DNA of 64,000 nucleotides from Octopus vulgaris (lineage: Eukaryota): positions 117,552,001-117,616,000 of the forward strand of contig OX597817.1 in NCBI GenBank assembly GCA_951406725.2, in the 5' to 3' direction. How positions within the stretch are numbered: the stretch's first letter is position 1; each line of letters starts with the position of its first letter. Both the position numbers and the translations under genes were made by a program. This document shows, piece by piece, positions 13,420 through 27,699 of the stretch. Under the pieces are notes generated by a model. The model saw only the letters and a list, made by a program, of their open reading frames with translations. It was not told where the DNA came from and did no database searches.

Positions 13420-13612
13420 TATAAATTAACCAGGTCTATAATTTAAGACAGTCCAATTATGACCATTCTATCTGTTTTATTTAAGATAGAGTGTATCTAG
13501 GACCATATTGTCCAATAACGTGTCCTTTTATAAGGTGGAAGGGTGTGATTTAGAAAGATTTTACTAATATTTCTAGTAAGTAGAACGATTGAATAGAAAC
13601 TCTCGTTGACGC
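13420..13612 (+). repeat. Old dispersed repeat (SINE-like), representative copy
   Basis: Loose shared motifs (atgaccatt...agggtgtgattt...gattt...tatttctag) also appear near 5305-5480, 14070-14450 and 38245-38430, and inverted near 4230-4390 and 7840-8165. Highly diverged. Confidence 0.4.
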
Positions 13613-15016
13613 GATTGCCTTCTCATATATAGCCATGTATGAGGTAGATAAAATAAATATCCGAAATGATCTTGTCGATTAAACTGATATTACTTCTTCC
13701 TCTGTAAACTTACACAAATTCCCTAGTCAAATAAAAACCAACAATTCAATTATAGAGCATGCAACGGGGGTGGAAAAACAACTAAACATTTGATATAACA
13801 TTCATTTTTTTTCTGTCTAATTCTGAATCTGAAACTAGTGGGATTGAATTTATTTTCAGCTGTTTTCGGTCGAAGAAATAAATATTGGTAAATATATATA
13901 TTGGTCGATATAATCTATAACTTTCACCTAAAATCTGTCATATTCCTCGTGTAAAGATACAAAGGAAAAAAGTATATATTTTCATTAAATACATATTTTT
14001 TCTGCCAATCGTAGTAATAGTTGTAGCAACAACAGCTGTTTTTATTTTGCTGATGATGTTGGTTAACTCTAAGAGAGTATAACTCTAATCAAAGCTGTAC
14101 CAGCAGTAATCATAACTTTTTAATCAATATTTGCTAGAAATGCATTGTAAATGTGTCTCAGATTTCAGGGTGACATTAGAAGAAGCTTTGGCTGTCGTCC
14201 CCAATAGATGCATATGCCCGAAGCTGCTTCTTCAGTTTCAGGTGTTGTGAGCCTTGTTGTTGTTTTACCGGCATACTACATGCTTGGTAATCAAATCGTG
14301 GTCATCTCGTCTTCGCTGAGTCTGTAAACTTAGGGGATCAATTGATTACAATCTATTCTTCCTCTTTGCAATCGGTACTGAATGATTTGAAGGACAATTG
14401 CTTGATATTTCTCGCTAATTTCTTGATCGTTTAGACGCTTCCTCGTTAGTTCGTGTTTTTGTCAGAAATATTCGAGAATGATAGTTAAGTTTATTGACTA
14501 AATTCATTTTATTTTGCCTAGTATTTGTAACGAATACTTCCCAATTCCTGTTTCCAGAAATTATTTGACTAGTTTATTAAGGAGATGCCCAAAACACGTT
14601 CGCTGAAATAGTTCTCTAATCTTAAAATCCGATATAGATGTCTTAAAAAGTTACATATTAGATTAGGTGTCAATAAATATAGGAAAACATGAGGCATGGT
14701 TATAGCTGAAACTCTCACAAAAATAGATTTGTTTGATTAGCGTGCTCATGAGGTTACCGAACAATAACAATACTAATACAGAAATATTCTCAAAAGTGAA
14801 CAAGAAGTAAAATAATTACGTTTAAATAAATGGGTTACCGTACAGGTATACCATTGGATATTTGTGGTTGCGAGATAGGTACCTGTAGTATCTTCATTAA
14901 CTGTGGTATATTAATTAGTAGCTAACTAAAGAAATATCTCTTATGCATTGATATTTATGAGTTATGACAACAAAGAGCACCTATGTATATCTATATTGAC
15001 TGAACGCTTTAATATA

Positions 15017-15883
15017 CAGAGTGTGGTAAATAAACTATCGTCTAAATTACGCAAAAAGGAAACAATGAATCTCATTTTAAAATATATTTATCAAAATTAC
15101 ATATAAATATCTTCAAATACTAAAGAGTAAATTTATTCGATAAAATAGCGTTTGGCTACAACCACTGCCTCCAGATGACCTCGGAATCTCCTGCAACTCT
15201 TCTGACGGTCGCCTTGTATAAGTTGGTGAATGCTGCCACAATCCTCGCCTTCAGTTAATTTTTTTGGTGTTACAAGGAGTTTTGTTGGTCTCTCCCTCAA
15301 CTGCGCCCCATACATGATAATCAAGGGGTGTTGCAATATGGGGAGTTAAACGGTCAGATGTTAGGGGGTGATGTGGTCGCAGATATTGTATGACAGCTAT
15401 GACTGGGTTCTCCTGGTTGTGTGGTATGTTGCAGAGTCCAGTTGCTAGATATGGAGGTCTTCCAGCAGCCACCCTCTTGACCCAGGGCATCAGTACCTAC
15501 TCCAGGCATTTGATGTAGGCCTCCGTGTTGAGTGTGATGCCAAGTGGGAAGATGAATGGAGGCATAACGTCGTCATCACTCGTGATCACTGCAAACACTA
15601 TGATGTTGACTGGATGTTTCTTTTTTATCAGTCTATGTACATGTCCTCAGATTGACACCCAAACACTCTGAAATGTTCGTATTGGAGCTTCCGGTCCGAA
15701 TGCCAAGCAGTACAGCATGTCGTTTCCAAATTTCTGGCAGAATGAATTGGGTCATGGTGCTGTGTCTCTCACAGAGAGTGTCCAACTGTCCATACTATAC
15801 TGTTTAGTCAACAAAATTTAAAGAAAGGAATGCGTGTGCGTGAAATAAAAAATATAAAATGGTGACAATTTACCTATCGCACC

Positions 15884-15886
<3 letters not shown>
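15017..15886 (-). mobile_element. Internally deleted Tc1/mariner-superfamily transposon
   Basis: TA-flanked imperfect TIRs (cagagtgtggtaaataaactatcgtc vs cagggtgcgataggtaaattgtcacc). Minus-strand remnant PLDYHVWGAVE-ETNKTPCNT...SCRRFRGHLEAVVVAKRYFIE* is a DDD/E transposase C-terminus. Confidence 0.85.
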
Positions 15887-15940
<54 letters not shown>

Positions 15941-16014
15941 TATTAGATTTTATCGATTACACAGTATAGTATGGACAGTATGGACACTTGGACACGCACA
16001 CACACAATACATAC

Positions 16015-16094
<80 letters not shown>

Positions 16095-17770
16095 ACTATG
16101 TTTAAGTATTACATTCAAGTATCTCTAAAGAATCCGAACCGTTAAGATTTTAATAAAATCTCTTAACTAAATCTCTAACGTATTTATCACTACAAATTGT
16201 GAAAAACAATGAACACATATGCTCTTGTATATGCATTTCTGGAACTTTCATTTTAACTTTGTGGTAACTATCTCTGATTGTCATGCGGGAAACTGGGATC
16301 CAATTCTTTGCAATAAAGGCTTCATTAATTTTGAATTTAGATATTTCATGCAGCACACATTGCCTTTTCATTGTTTACTTTGGTGCAACACTTTAGGTTT
16401 CAGAATTATTGATAGTTGGGTGATATATTAAGTGCAGTAGAATGTGCAGAATCAGTAGAACTCTTGACAAAATGCCCTACAGCAATCATTTATGACCCTT
16501 TATGTTTTGATTTCAAATCTTTCCGATGATAGGTCTGTATTGCATCTTTCCGAGGCTAATATAAGTGAGAACCATTCAAGCGTAAAATCGATTATATTCT
16601 TCCCCAAAAAATATGGCGTGCCCATATGACAGAGATTAATGTCTAGAATAATAAAACGCATTTTCTTTGATAACTAGAGTTATGAGTATACATAAAGAAA
16701 GATATATGAATGGTCTTGAGGATTTCATATTTCTTTTGTTTGATATCGTATATTTACAAATGATTAATTATCCATCACTTAGATGTCCAACACGTATAAC
16801 AAATATGATTAGACGGGAAGCTAATTAACGAAGACACAAGGTATCACACAATCGACCAAAAGGTGAGTAGTTCGCGTCTAATCATCAACACAACTGTGTC
16901 ATTGCTCAAATGTTTACATGTGAATGATGCACTTTCAAATCGCAGTTAATAAGATAACTGGGCAGTATTGTTTAACACTAAAAACTTTACACATTAATTG
17001 TTGTCTGTAATGACGCGATTAGCTCTTTTCCTGTATAATCTCTAAAACTTTGTTTTGTTAAGCTCTAGAAGTGCTGGTTTATTCTTGTTGAAAATATTCA
17101 ATACATTTCACACTGGAGAATTCATTTGTGATGATGAAATTTTAATGATGCATGATTAGTTAGTTTCCAAAAATGCCATTAGTTTTACTGATGTTGCTTT
17201 CAACTAATATAAAGGGATAAGATTTAAATATTAAATTTGTGTAAAATCGACCGAGTTTTTAGAAATATTTTCAATTTAAAATAAGGAGGTACTGTCCAAG
17301 GAATGGAACTATTTGGATTTCTCCCTTTAAGAAATTTGTAAGAAATTCAGAAATAATATTTTAAAAAGTAACTGAGCGACGTATCATCAAACAGTCCCGT
17401 TTCGAACTCGAGGACCACTGCTCTCTTGGCGCTAAGAGTAACACTTGATTCAAAATCCAAAAGGGACATGAAACAGCTCGAGTTCAGATATAGACATATT
17501 ATTCTCCAACTAATCACAATTAAGGTTGCCAGCTTTGTAGTGTAGAAGGTTATCATTCAGCATCCTGAAGTGTTTGGAATGTAAGTTGGAGCCAATCTTC
17601 ATTATTTCATATGTAAATGCCACTCAAAGAATCAAGGTATTCACATAGAGCAGCGTACATTAGGACACAGACACAGACACACAAATAACTACACACAACC
17701 AACTCTATATGCAACGATATATTTATATATACATATATATAATATATATATACACGTATAGACTCATACT

Positions 17771-17825
<55 letters not shown>

Positions 17826-17846
17826 CATATACATATATACATATAC

Positions 17847-17889
<43 letters not shown>

Positions 17890-18798
17890 CATGTATGTTT
17901 GTATGTATGAATATCAGCGCGTGTCTATTTGTATAAAGATCTACATATAGGAAAATACAACATAGCTATATGTAGAGTTTAAATGAGTCTCGGTAGGTTT
18001 CGGCGATGAATGTTCAAACAGTCCGATAAGGGAGTAAATTCACGTGTAAGTGACTGAGTATACTTCAGAGATGTGTACGTTTAAAACAGTTCTCAGCAGA
18101 AATCCATGCGACACTGTGAAACGAGACTGAAATGTAGACTTAATTTATAAACCATCCGATGTACTTCCAACCATTTTTCACTGTTAAGAAGTGAGTAGAC
18201 TCAGGAATTAAGTAAGAGAAGTTTATTCACGGTATTGTATAGTGTAATCGAAACCGGTACTAATGATTGTGAAACCGAATAGTTTACTATTCACTCAATA
18301 TGTTATTCTCTCAGATCATATGTTACAAGTTGTACTGATATAGAATGAATATCTGCATGAGTCACTCCTTTAAGATCTGTACCTATTCACTATATCGTTT
18401 CAAGTATATTTAGATGTTTAAATGTAGTTATATTTCAATTACTGCTATTTAGCAAAATTATGCTCTAAAAATTTGTCCATCAGCAAAATGAAACATTATA
18501 TCATGACACTATTTATTATGAATCTCTAAATTAAACTAAAGTATAATATAATCGTAGCATAACAAAAGTAAAAATAGCAATTGGTATAAAATTGCATGAA
18601 TGACTTGAACTTGAATAAGTGGTTTCACATGAATGGGAACAAATTAAAAATAAAATTAGCGTGCAGAAATGGATGATAAAAAATTAAATTAAAGAAAAGA
18701 CTATTGTCTATAAAGTGTACAATGTAGAGAAAAAAGAAGGTTTGAACACATGGAGGGAAGCAACTTCGAAAAGTGTCTTGGTGCGACTATGAAAGTTA

Positions 18799-19229
18799 TC
18801 TAATCAGAGGCGGTAAATTCGCCGCAATAGAAGCAAGGTTCGAGTCAACGGAGTACTCGACTCGAACTTGCAAAGTGGAAATATTTTACTTTTACCTTTA
18901 TATCTGGGACGTAGGACGTCCCGGATAAAAAATTTAAAATGCCCCACCCCCACCCCAGAAGTAGAGGTAGGCTTGATTGTAGCTACACTTCTATACAAGA
19001 GGGAGGACACGATACAATTGATCGAAATTACAAGAGACGGGCTAACAATTCCAGTCTATTATATATTTTGAGTATTGTTATCACTAGCGATATCAAGATA
19101 TAACTTTGTATTTTGTATTTTATGCGTAGATGTATATATATAGATTTACGTGTAATATGTACACATATATATACACATATATACATGCACTAGCACTATG
19201 ACCCGGCAACGACGGGTCTTTAATGCTAG
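18799..19229 (+). mobile_element. Putative non-autonomous Helitron
   Basis: 3' end: hairpin gacccg-gcaacga-cgggtc followed after a few bases by CTAG|T. Candidate 5' end A|TC at 18799, with no TSD. The 5' boundary is less certain. Confidence 0.55.
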
Positions 19230-19554
19230 TAAATATATAAATGTACATGACTTCATACCTATCTATCAATCTATGTATCTATCTATGTACCTGTCTGTCT
19301 GTCTGTCTGCCTAATGCATGAATTATTTCTTTCAGACTTGAACTTTAAAGTGTTTAGTCGAATAAATCGTTCCTCTATATGCATACGTATACATATATAC
19401 ATATATACATAATGCATACATGTATACATACATACATATATACATGCATACATACATACATGCATACATCCATACATATATATATAAATATGTATCCATA
19501 TATACATACAACATACGTATATATACATACGTATATATACATACGCATATATAT

Positions 19555-19619
<65 letters not shown>

Positions 19620-19623
<4 letters not shown>

Positions 19624-19885
19624 GAACTTACAAAAAACAAAAGACGAAGACGGGTTTGTAAGCAACAAAGAGATGTATTAGTTTAACGCTCGGGAAGTGA
19701 GAAAGTCTTTTACGTTTTGAGCCTACGCTCTTCGAGAGAAGGTACAAAAAAAGAAACAGGAAGAGAAAATAGAAAAAGATTTCGTGGCTAGCTATCTATC
19801 ATGGCGAATGCCGAACAGAGGGGTCACACAGGAAAGTAAGGAAGAATGAAAGATAATAAAGTAGTGGTGATCTCAACACGAAGGT
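19620..19885 (-). mobile_element. Penelope-like pLTR fragment with decayed hammerhead motif
   Basis: Minus strand ctt-CTCTCGA-a-gagc-gtag-gctc-AAAA-cgta-aaag (19707-19742). Downstream sequence is homologous to the 42.35 kb copy, and the fragment abuts (TA)n. Confidence 0.55.
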
Positions 19886-20079
19886 GCGCGTGTGTGTGTG
19901 TATGTGACAGCGTGTATGTGCCTGTGTTGAAACCATAATGAATAGAGTACTGTCTTTCTACAGGAACTGTTGGATCAAGTGCAACCTTCAACGTATTCTA
20001 CCCAACAGGGTTTTCCAGCTCAATATTTACATGACACTATTTATAGTATTATTAGTACTTCGAGAGAGTTGAATCTTCA

Positions 20080-21600
20080 AGCAAAAATATTTAAGAAAGC
20101 TCTTGCAAAACCACTGCAAATGCTTTTCCAGAGCTCCGCTGAATGCGGTACATTTCCTCAAATGTTAAGAGAGGGAATAATCTGCCCTGTCTTCAAAGGA
20201 GGCAGCAGAGCAGATGCTATAAACTACAGTCCTATCTCTGTGACCTCATATGTTAGCAAGATCATTGTCAGAAAAAGATTGACCACGTTCCTAGAAGAAA
20301 ATGACTTGCTTAAGGACACGCAACGTGGCTTCTGTCCTAGAAGGAGCTGCCTAACAAAGCTACAAGAGCTCTTCGACTGGATACTAAATCACCAGATCAA
20401 CTATTCAAGTGTGGGTGTGACAAAGTCAATCACGGCAAGATATGTCGCAAATTGAGTGACCTCAGTATCACTGGTAGATAGAGGGAGTGACTGCATGATT
20501 TGCTCAAGTGCAGAAATCAGGCTGTCACAGCAAATGGTGCTCTCTCTCTGAAGTAACACCAATTGTCAGGAGGGTCTCCCAGGGAATAATGCTGGGACCA
20601 CAACTGTTTGTGGTTGCTTTCACGAATATGCCTTGGCTATAGCGTCATCTACGCCCACTAGCTACGCCGACGATCCAAAAGTATCGCAGGCGGTCAAGTA
20701 TTAGGATACTGATATCCTAATACTGCAGAATGACCTGAACGCAACGTATAAGTGGGCTGATGAGAATAACATGTAGATCAATACCGCAAAATTTCAAGCA
20801 CTCCGCTATCAACCCCAAAACAAACAACAACTGAATTACTCGGGACAAATAGGCAAAGTAATCCCAGAGGTAGAGTCGGTGCTCGACTTGGAAATCCTCA
20901 AGAGAGACGACGCAACTTTCCATGTGAACATTGCTCAGATGGCCGGGTGGCAGGTTGGATCCTGAGATCCTTCAGGACCAGGAACAGAAACACAATGCTA
21001 CTGCTTTGCAGAACCATTGTCCTTAGTCGTCTGGACCGCTGCTCCCAATTATGGTCACCGCTCAGAGTAAAACTAATTGTGGAAATAGAGGTTATCCAGC
21101 ATCACTACACAAAGAAGATAGACTTGGTAAAACACATGGGCTACTGGGAGAGGTTAAAGGAACTGGGACGCCATTCCCTGGAGAGGAAACGTGAGAGATA
21201 TGGAAAATAATGGAGGGTCTAGCCCCAAATTTCGGAATCGAAAGCTACAACCATCCCCGAACTGAACGGCACTGCACTGTACCAAATGTCCCATCTCCTC
21301 CATCGAGATACAAATCCAATATTATAATAGCTTGAGATTCAAGGGGCAACAAATTTTTAATGCCCTACAACATACCATCAGGGTACTGCGAGATGTGGAC
21401 ATGGAAGTCTTCAAAAAAACGTCGAGACAGTTTTTTTTATCAGCAATACTATATGAACCCACATCGCGGCAGAAGGCACAACGAAAAACAGCAACGTCCA
21501 AGTGGCCACTTAATCAGAAGCAATACTGGAAAAATCCCCGGATAGTAAAGGCGGTACACCAGCATGACATCAGCATTTGTCTGAAACCCATAAAAAAGGA
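20080..21600 (+). mobile_element. Older degenerate CR1-group LINE, 3' portion
   Basis: Fragments LAKPLQMLFQ, ICPVFKGGSRADAINYSPISVTS, SYADD, AGWILRSFRTR, CSQLWSP and YWERLKEL align with the 9-11.8 kb LINE. Many stops and frameshifts. Confidence 0.9.
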
Positions 21601-21628
21601 GTCAATTAAAAAGTGTTCCATGTACATA

Positions 21629-21664
<36 letters not shown>

Positions 21665-21709
21665 TGTATGTATGTATGTATGTATGTATGTATATGTGTG
21701 TGTGTGTTT

Positions 21710-21920
21710 CATTCTTTTATTCTTTTATTTGCTTCTGTTATTTGACTGCAGCCATGCCGGTGCACCGCCTTTAGTCAGACAAATCGGCCCCAGGACTTAT
21801 TGTTTGTAAGCTTAGTACTTATTCTATCGTTCTCCTTTACCGAACCGCTAATTTACGGGGATGTAAACACACGAGTATCGGTTGTCAGGCGATGGTGGGG
21901 GGACAAACACAGACACACAA

Positions 21921-22016
<96 letters not shown>

Positions 22017-22181
22017 TAGGACGAGTTTCTTTCAGTTTCCGTCTAACAAATTCGCTCACAATGATTTGGTCTGCTCGAAGCTATATTAGAAGACACTGGC
22101 CCAAGGTGCTACGCTGTGGAACCGAACCCAGAACGATGTGGTTGGTAAGCAAGCTACTTACCACACAGCCATTTCTGCGCC
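21710..22181 (-). mobile_element. tRNA-derived SINE family 1, full length
   Basis: Reverse complement is colinear with 27700-28128 and includes the internal microsatellite. Confidence 0.9.
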
Positions 22182-22211
22182 TATATATATACGCACACAT
22201 ACATACATATA

Positions 22212-22358
<147 letters not shown>

Positions 22359-24092
22359 TGTATGGGCAGGGAGAACAGATGGACATTTGTCTAGATTTCA
22401 GATTGTATTTCAAATAACTAATTAGAATGAGTGAAAAATGCGATAACTCTCGAGCATATCAACTGCAGGAAATGTGTCTGGGTTAGTAGTACATTGATTC
22501 AGAAATAATTCAATAAAGCTCGACATATTTCATTTGCAGACGTACAAGGCTTTGCTTTCATGCGAAAGGAAATGACAACTTACTAACACGTGTACACACA
22601 TAAGCACACACAAAATGAACACACAGATTCTATATGCACGCATATGCATTCAAATACTCACACACATATTATCACTCACTTATACAGACACATGCAGAAA
22701 GACACACAAGTGACTCCATAAATCAAATGAAATAACAACGTGAAGTGGAATAGTTCTCAAGTAAAAGAGTTATGTGATAATAGGAATTAATTTTTAAAAG
22801 AATGAAAGTAAGAGGGAATCAGAGAAAGAAAATGTGAGAAACCAAGAGAGGAGAAAATAGTATTGTATTTTTTTATTGACATAAAATCTAATGAAATTCT
22901 GGCTAGCCTTAAAGACTTGGAAACATTGAATAATTCAACTCGCAGTAAAATAGTGACGTTCGAGCGATATTTATATTTTCTCTCAACTGTTTATTAGAAA
23001 TTTAGCAACGTTTGCATCGATTATGTAATGGAAGCTACTATCAAAAGATTTAAAGCGATATAAACGACTTAGGAAATCGAAGTAGATGCAGTGCTTGGCC
23101 AGACGAAATGGTACACTGAAGTACGAAAGAATAAAATGTTACAACGAAATTGAAAAAAAGGTCAATAATATAGATTTCTAATATTGGCACAAGGCATTTT
23201 ACTTTAGATTTACCCAAGTTTTTAACTGATAAATGTTTTATTGACCCTAGCACGATAAAAGACGAAGTCATACTAACATCTTCAGGAGGCAACTTTTCTG
23301 TCACTCAACTTCAGTGTTTTATTTGTAATTATATTATTGACCTTGGGAAAAGGCAAGCAATTTCATATTTTTTTCCATTATTATCTTTAATAATTCAATA
23401 TTAAAGATTTCTAGCATAGGCACGAGATTACACATTTCGTCCCCATTATTTAACAGGTGTTTACTTTACCCATGGTAAAATACTTAAAGTCAGATTCGTA
23501 AAACAATCAATAATAATGATCTTCTTTCACCAGGAGTAGAACTAAAATGTGTAAGAATGAACAGTGGTTCAAATGATTACTATAACGTCACTGATATTGC
23601 GGAACTGTAGTCGATTATAATTACCTCACAATTTAAGGCTCTTAATTTTTCACTCTGCAAGGAAGAAAGTCAAGAGCGAACTGGGATTTATATTTCGAAA
23701 GCAAGAGTATGAAATTAAAATCAAGCGAGATATTTTCTCCAATCCCTTCTGGTTAACAACTACACGTATAATAATAATTACAGTAGTAATGATCAGTTAA
23801 TAATATTAATGCTAATAGAATAGTTGTCATCATTATATGCTATGTTCTGCCAGCACCATTGTGAGTGACTGCGTTTCCCCAATACAATAGACTAGAAGAA
23901 ATTGTCTTCGAGAAAAATAATATTGTTAGAAGTTCACCACGTCTTTCTGGTAGTGCATCCGATTCTGAGTGTGTGAGTGAGAAAGTGAGAAAAATTGGAC
24001 CCCGGTGTATTTTATCGACGCTGGAATGAAGAATATGAGAGTTAAACTTAGTGGGATTTGAACTGAGGACGCGAAACACCTGAATAAATATT

Positions 24093-24227
24093 CTTTTCTA
24101 CTCTAGGCACAAGGCCCGAAATTTTGGGGGCGGGGGCCAGTCGATTAGATCGACTCTAGTACGCAACTGGTACTTAATTTATCGAGCCCGGAAGGATGAA
24201 AGGCAAGGTCGGCCTCGACGGAATTTG
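24093..24227 (-). mobile_element. 5'-truncated SINE family 2 with 18-bp TSD
   Basis: aacacctgaataaatatt at 24075-24092 and 24228-24245 flanks the 3' two-thirds of the SINE seen intact at 32810. Confidence 0.9.
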
Positions 24228-24831
24228 AACACCTGAATAAATATTGCAACGAATTTATCCTATGCCCTAATGCTTCTGCTTTAGACTACTGTAAAAATGA
24301 AAATAATTTTGGAATATTCTCTAAAATTTATATATGTTCTCTACAAAAGTTGTTCACGCACAGTATATACCACTAAACTATCTCCGATGTCAGAAAACTC
24401 ATTTCAACACAGTTCAACTAGTAGAAGGTTGAAAGCATTTGCTAACATTCTACATACCAACGTGCACTCGTAATCTGTTCGTGACAAAGAAGAGAAGTTT
24501 CGTCAAAGAGAAAGAGCGTATAAAGGATATTTGTTTAAGCACAAGTTCTTACCGCCAAATAAACCCTATAATTTGTTAGCTAATATAATATGATTGTAAT
24601 ATAGTTCCATTCTATGTTCTCTTGCGTTATTTATGTTATCTATCTTAGGAATTATTGAATTACTTTTTGTAAGAAAACTTTCAGTGAGCTTTTTCTTCTC
24701 TTGCTACACATTGTGACTTCTCACAGAATAAATTTTAAAGGATTCCTTTCCTTGCAGATACATAGGATTAGTATGTCCATTTCAATTATACTATGTTCAA
24801 GAAAATAATTCAATTACATAGCACTCATATC

Positions 24832-26030
24832 CGTTTCTAGTCTAGGCACAAGGCCCAAAATTTTGGGGGAGGGGATCAGTCGATTAGATCGACCTCAGTA
24901 CGCAACTGATACTTAACTTATCGACCCCGAAAGAATGAAAGGCAAAGTCAACCTCGGCGGATTTTGAACTCAGAACGTAACATAACACGAAATACTGCGA
25001 CGCATTTCGCTCGGCGTGCTAAAGTTTCTTATTTATTTATTACCCAAAAGGGGCTAAACATAGAGGGAACAAACAAGGACAGACAAAAGGATTAAGTCGA
25101 TTATATCGACCCCAGTGCATAAATGGTACTTATATAATCGACCCCGAAAGGATGAAAGACAATGTCGACCTCGGCGGAATTTGAACTCAGCACGTAGCGG
25201 CAGACGAAATACCTATTTCTTTACTACCCACAAGGGGCTAAACACAGAGAGGACAACAAAGAACAGACAAACGGATTAAGTCGATTATATCGACCCCAGC
25301 GCGTAATTGGTACTTATTTAATCGACCCCGAAAGGATGAAAGGCAAAGTCAACCTCGGTGGAATTTGAATTCAGAGCGTAACGGCAGACGAAATACTTCG
25401 ACGCATTTCGCTCAGCGTGTTAACGTTTCTTATTTATTTATTACCCACAAGGAGCTAAACATAGAGGGATCAAACAAGGACAGACAAAAGTATTAAGTCG
25501 ATTGCATCCACCCCTGTGCGTAACTACTACTTAAATTATCGACCGCTAAAGGATGAAAGGCAAAGTCGACCTCGGCGGAATTTGAACTCAGAACGTAGCG
25601 GCAGACGAAATACCTATTTCTTTACTACCCACAAGAAGCTAAACACAGTGAGGACAAACAAGGACAGACAAAGGTATTAAGTCGATTACATCGATCCCAG
25701 TGCGAAACTGCTATTTAAATTATCGACCCCGAAAGGATGAATGGCAAAGTCGACCTCGGCGGAATTTGAACTCAGAACGTAACGGTAGACGAGATACCTA
25801 TTTCTTTATTACCCACAAGAGGCGAAACTCAGAGAAGACAAACAAGGACAGACAAACGGATTAAGTCGATTATATCGACCCCAGTGCGTAACTGGTACTT
25901 ACTTTATCGACCCCGAAAGGATGAAAGGCAGAGTCGACCTCGGCGGAATTTGAACTCAGAACGCAACGGCAGACGAAATACTTCGATGCACTTCGCCCCG
26001 GCGTGCTAATGCTTCTGCCAGCTCGCCGCC
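24832..26030 (-). mobile_element. Head-to-tail concatemer of SINE family 2 (six cores)
   Basis: Units of ~185-215 bp recur at ~25042, 25226, 25443, 25627 and 25811. There is a single full head at 26030 and a single standard tail at 24832. Confidence 0.9.
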
Positions 26031-26391
26031 ATAATTACATACCTGTTATATCGCTGAATCGAAACATTCATTTATGAAATTTCGTTCATTTCGAAATATT
26101 TTCTTCTCTTTTTCCTTCAGTGAAGATACGCTGGGTGTTTTTAGTTTCACTATATTTAAAACAACAATTTGAATGACAAAGTAGATAGAGCGTCAAGCAA
26201 GTAACTTTTATGTATTCACAAGTTTGCAGTCCATCGGAAATCAAAAATTCGCCAGAATTTCTATCACATTTATCGTTCTGTCGTTGACAAAAAAAAAGAA
26301 AAATGACTGGTTAAATAGTGTTGGCAGGCAGATCATAATTGTTAACTATCATTAGTAATACTAGAGGTTAAAAAAAATTAATATTATGGAA

Positions 26392-26521
<130 letters not shown>

Positions 26522-26658
26522 TTCTATCTATCTCTTTGTCTGTCTGTCTCTCTCTCTCTCTCACTATATATATATATACCAATGCAGTATTGAGCATTCA
26601 TTCACACTGTTCACCCCTATCGTCTCTCTCCTCCTCCTCCTCTCTCTCTCTGTATATA

Positions 26659-27588
26659 CGAGTGTCGGCTGAAGAGGACATAGACAGAAACAGATACTCT
26701 CATGCAACATGAGCTAATGAGATTTATTTTAAATACAATCCCTTTTGTGGTCCACACACCTCTTCCATTGTGGTTGCAGTGCTTGGATCCCTGTGGCAAA
26801 GATGCCAAAACATTCATCAACATCAGATATGATGTCATCATCACTGCAATACTGGTTCCTAGCCTAGTAATTTTTTTCCTGTTGCGAAACAGATGATACT
26901 CAGATGGGATTACATCACGAGACCAGGTAAGAAAGAGCATTTCTTCTGCATTAATTGTCTTTTTGTCGCTGGCTCAAAGTGATGAAGCCAACTCTAATCC
27001 TGAGTTAGAAAACATTTAAGGAAACCAACTCGATCTGCCTCAAATAATGTCAGATTTTACCGTGACGTGATAATCTTGGTTGCGCTTTCGATCAGTTATC
27101 ATAAAACGTAATGCCCCTCGAGCAGAAACTTCTGTCATGCTAAATGCATAGTGCAGAATATCCTGAAATCTTTCATGGGACATGGTAATAGCAATATCTA
27201 TTTGATTTTTTTGTCAATCACCTGTCATCCCTCACCATGTGATGGCAGCAGCAGGATGTGCAGACTTTGCGTCATCTTTAAATTCTCCTTCCATCTAAAA
27301 TTCAGCTATATAAGTTGTTGAAGCTGGAGCGTCACCCCCTAATGTAGCAACCATGTCAGTATGAATGTCATTTTTCTGCAGGTACTTAGTAAGACTACGT
27401 TACCAAATGTTGTCTATTTTCATGAGAAGTCATTACTCGTTACATTTGAAGTGGCCTTTTAACAGTCAGAGGTCAGTTTACCTGGGAAGAAACAATGCAG
27501 AGAAAAGATAGAATTGATGTAAGGGCGATTTCACAGTTCTAGCATCAGGCCTGCATAGTCAGCCTATGGACCGTTCAACCCACACTCG
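26659..27588 (-). mobile_element. Degenerate mariner transposon
   Basis: Ends cgagtgtcggctgaa / (rc) cgagtgtgggttgaa. Minus-strand remnants KYLQK..DIHTDMVATLGGDAP...LKDD (N-terminal HTH) and PSEYHLF (C-terminal catalytic region). Confidence 0.8.
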
Positions 27589-27699
27589 TGTGCGTGTGTG
27601 TGTATGTGTATATACATAAATATAGTAAATGTAGTTAAGATGGATTACATCATGTTCTTTTCATCTCTATATCCATAGAATATGTATTACATTTCTGAA

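Noticed and set aside
24832-26030. Regularly spaced repeats resembling a CRISPR array
   Set aside because: Whole units repeat with no unique spacers. They are SINE cores in a eukaryotic context with no cas genes.
26669-26697. CTGAAGA...GAAA hammerhead-like boxes
   Set aside because: No supporting stems, and the motif overlaps a decayed mariner TIR.
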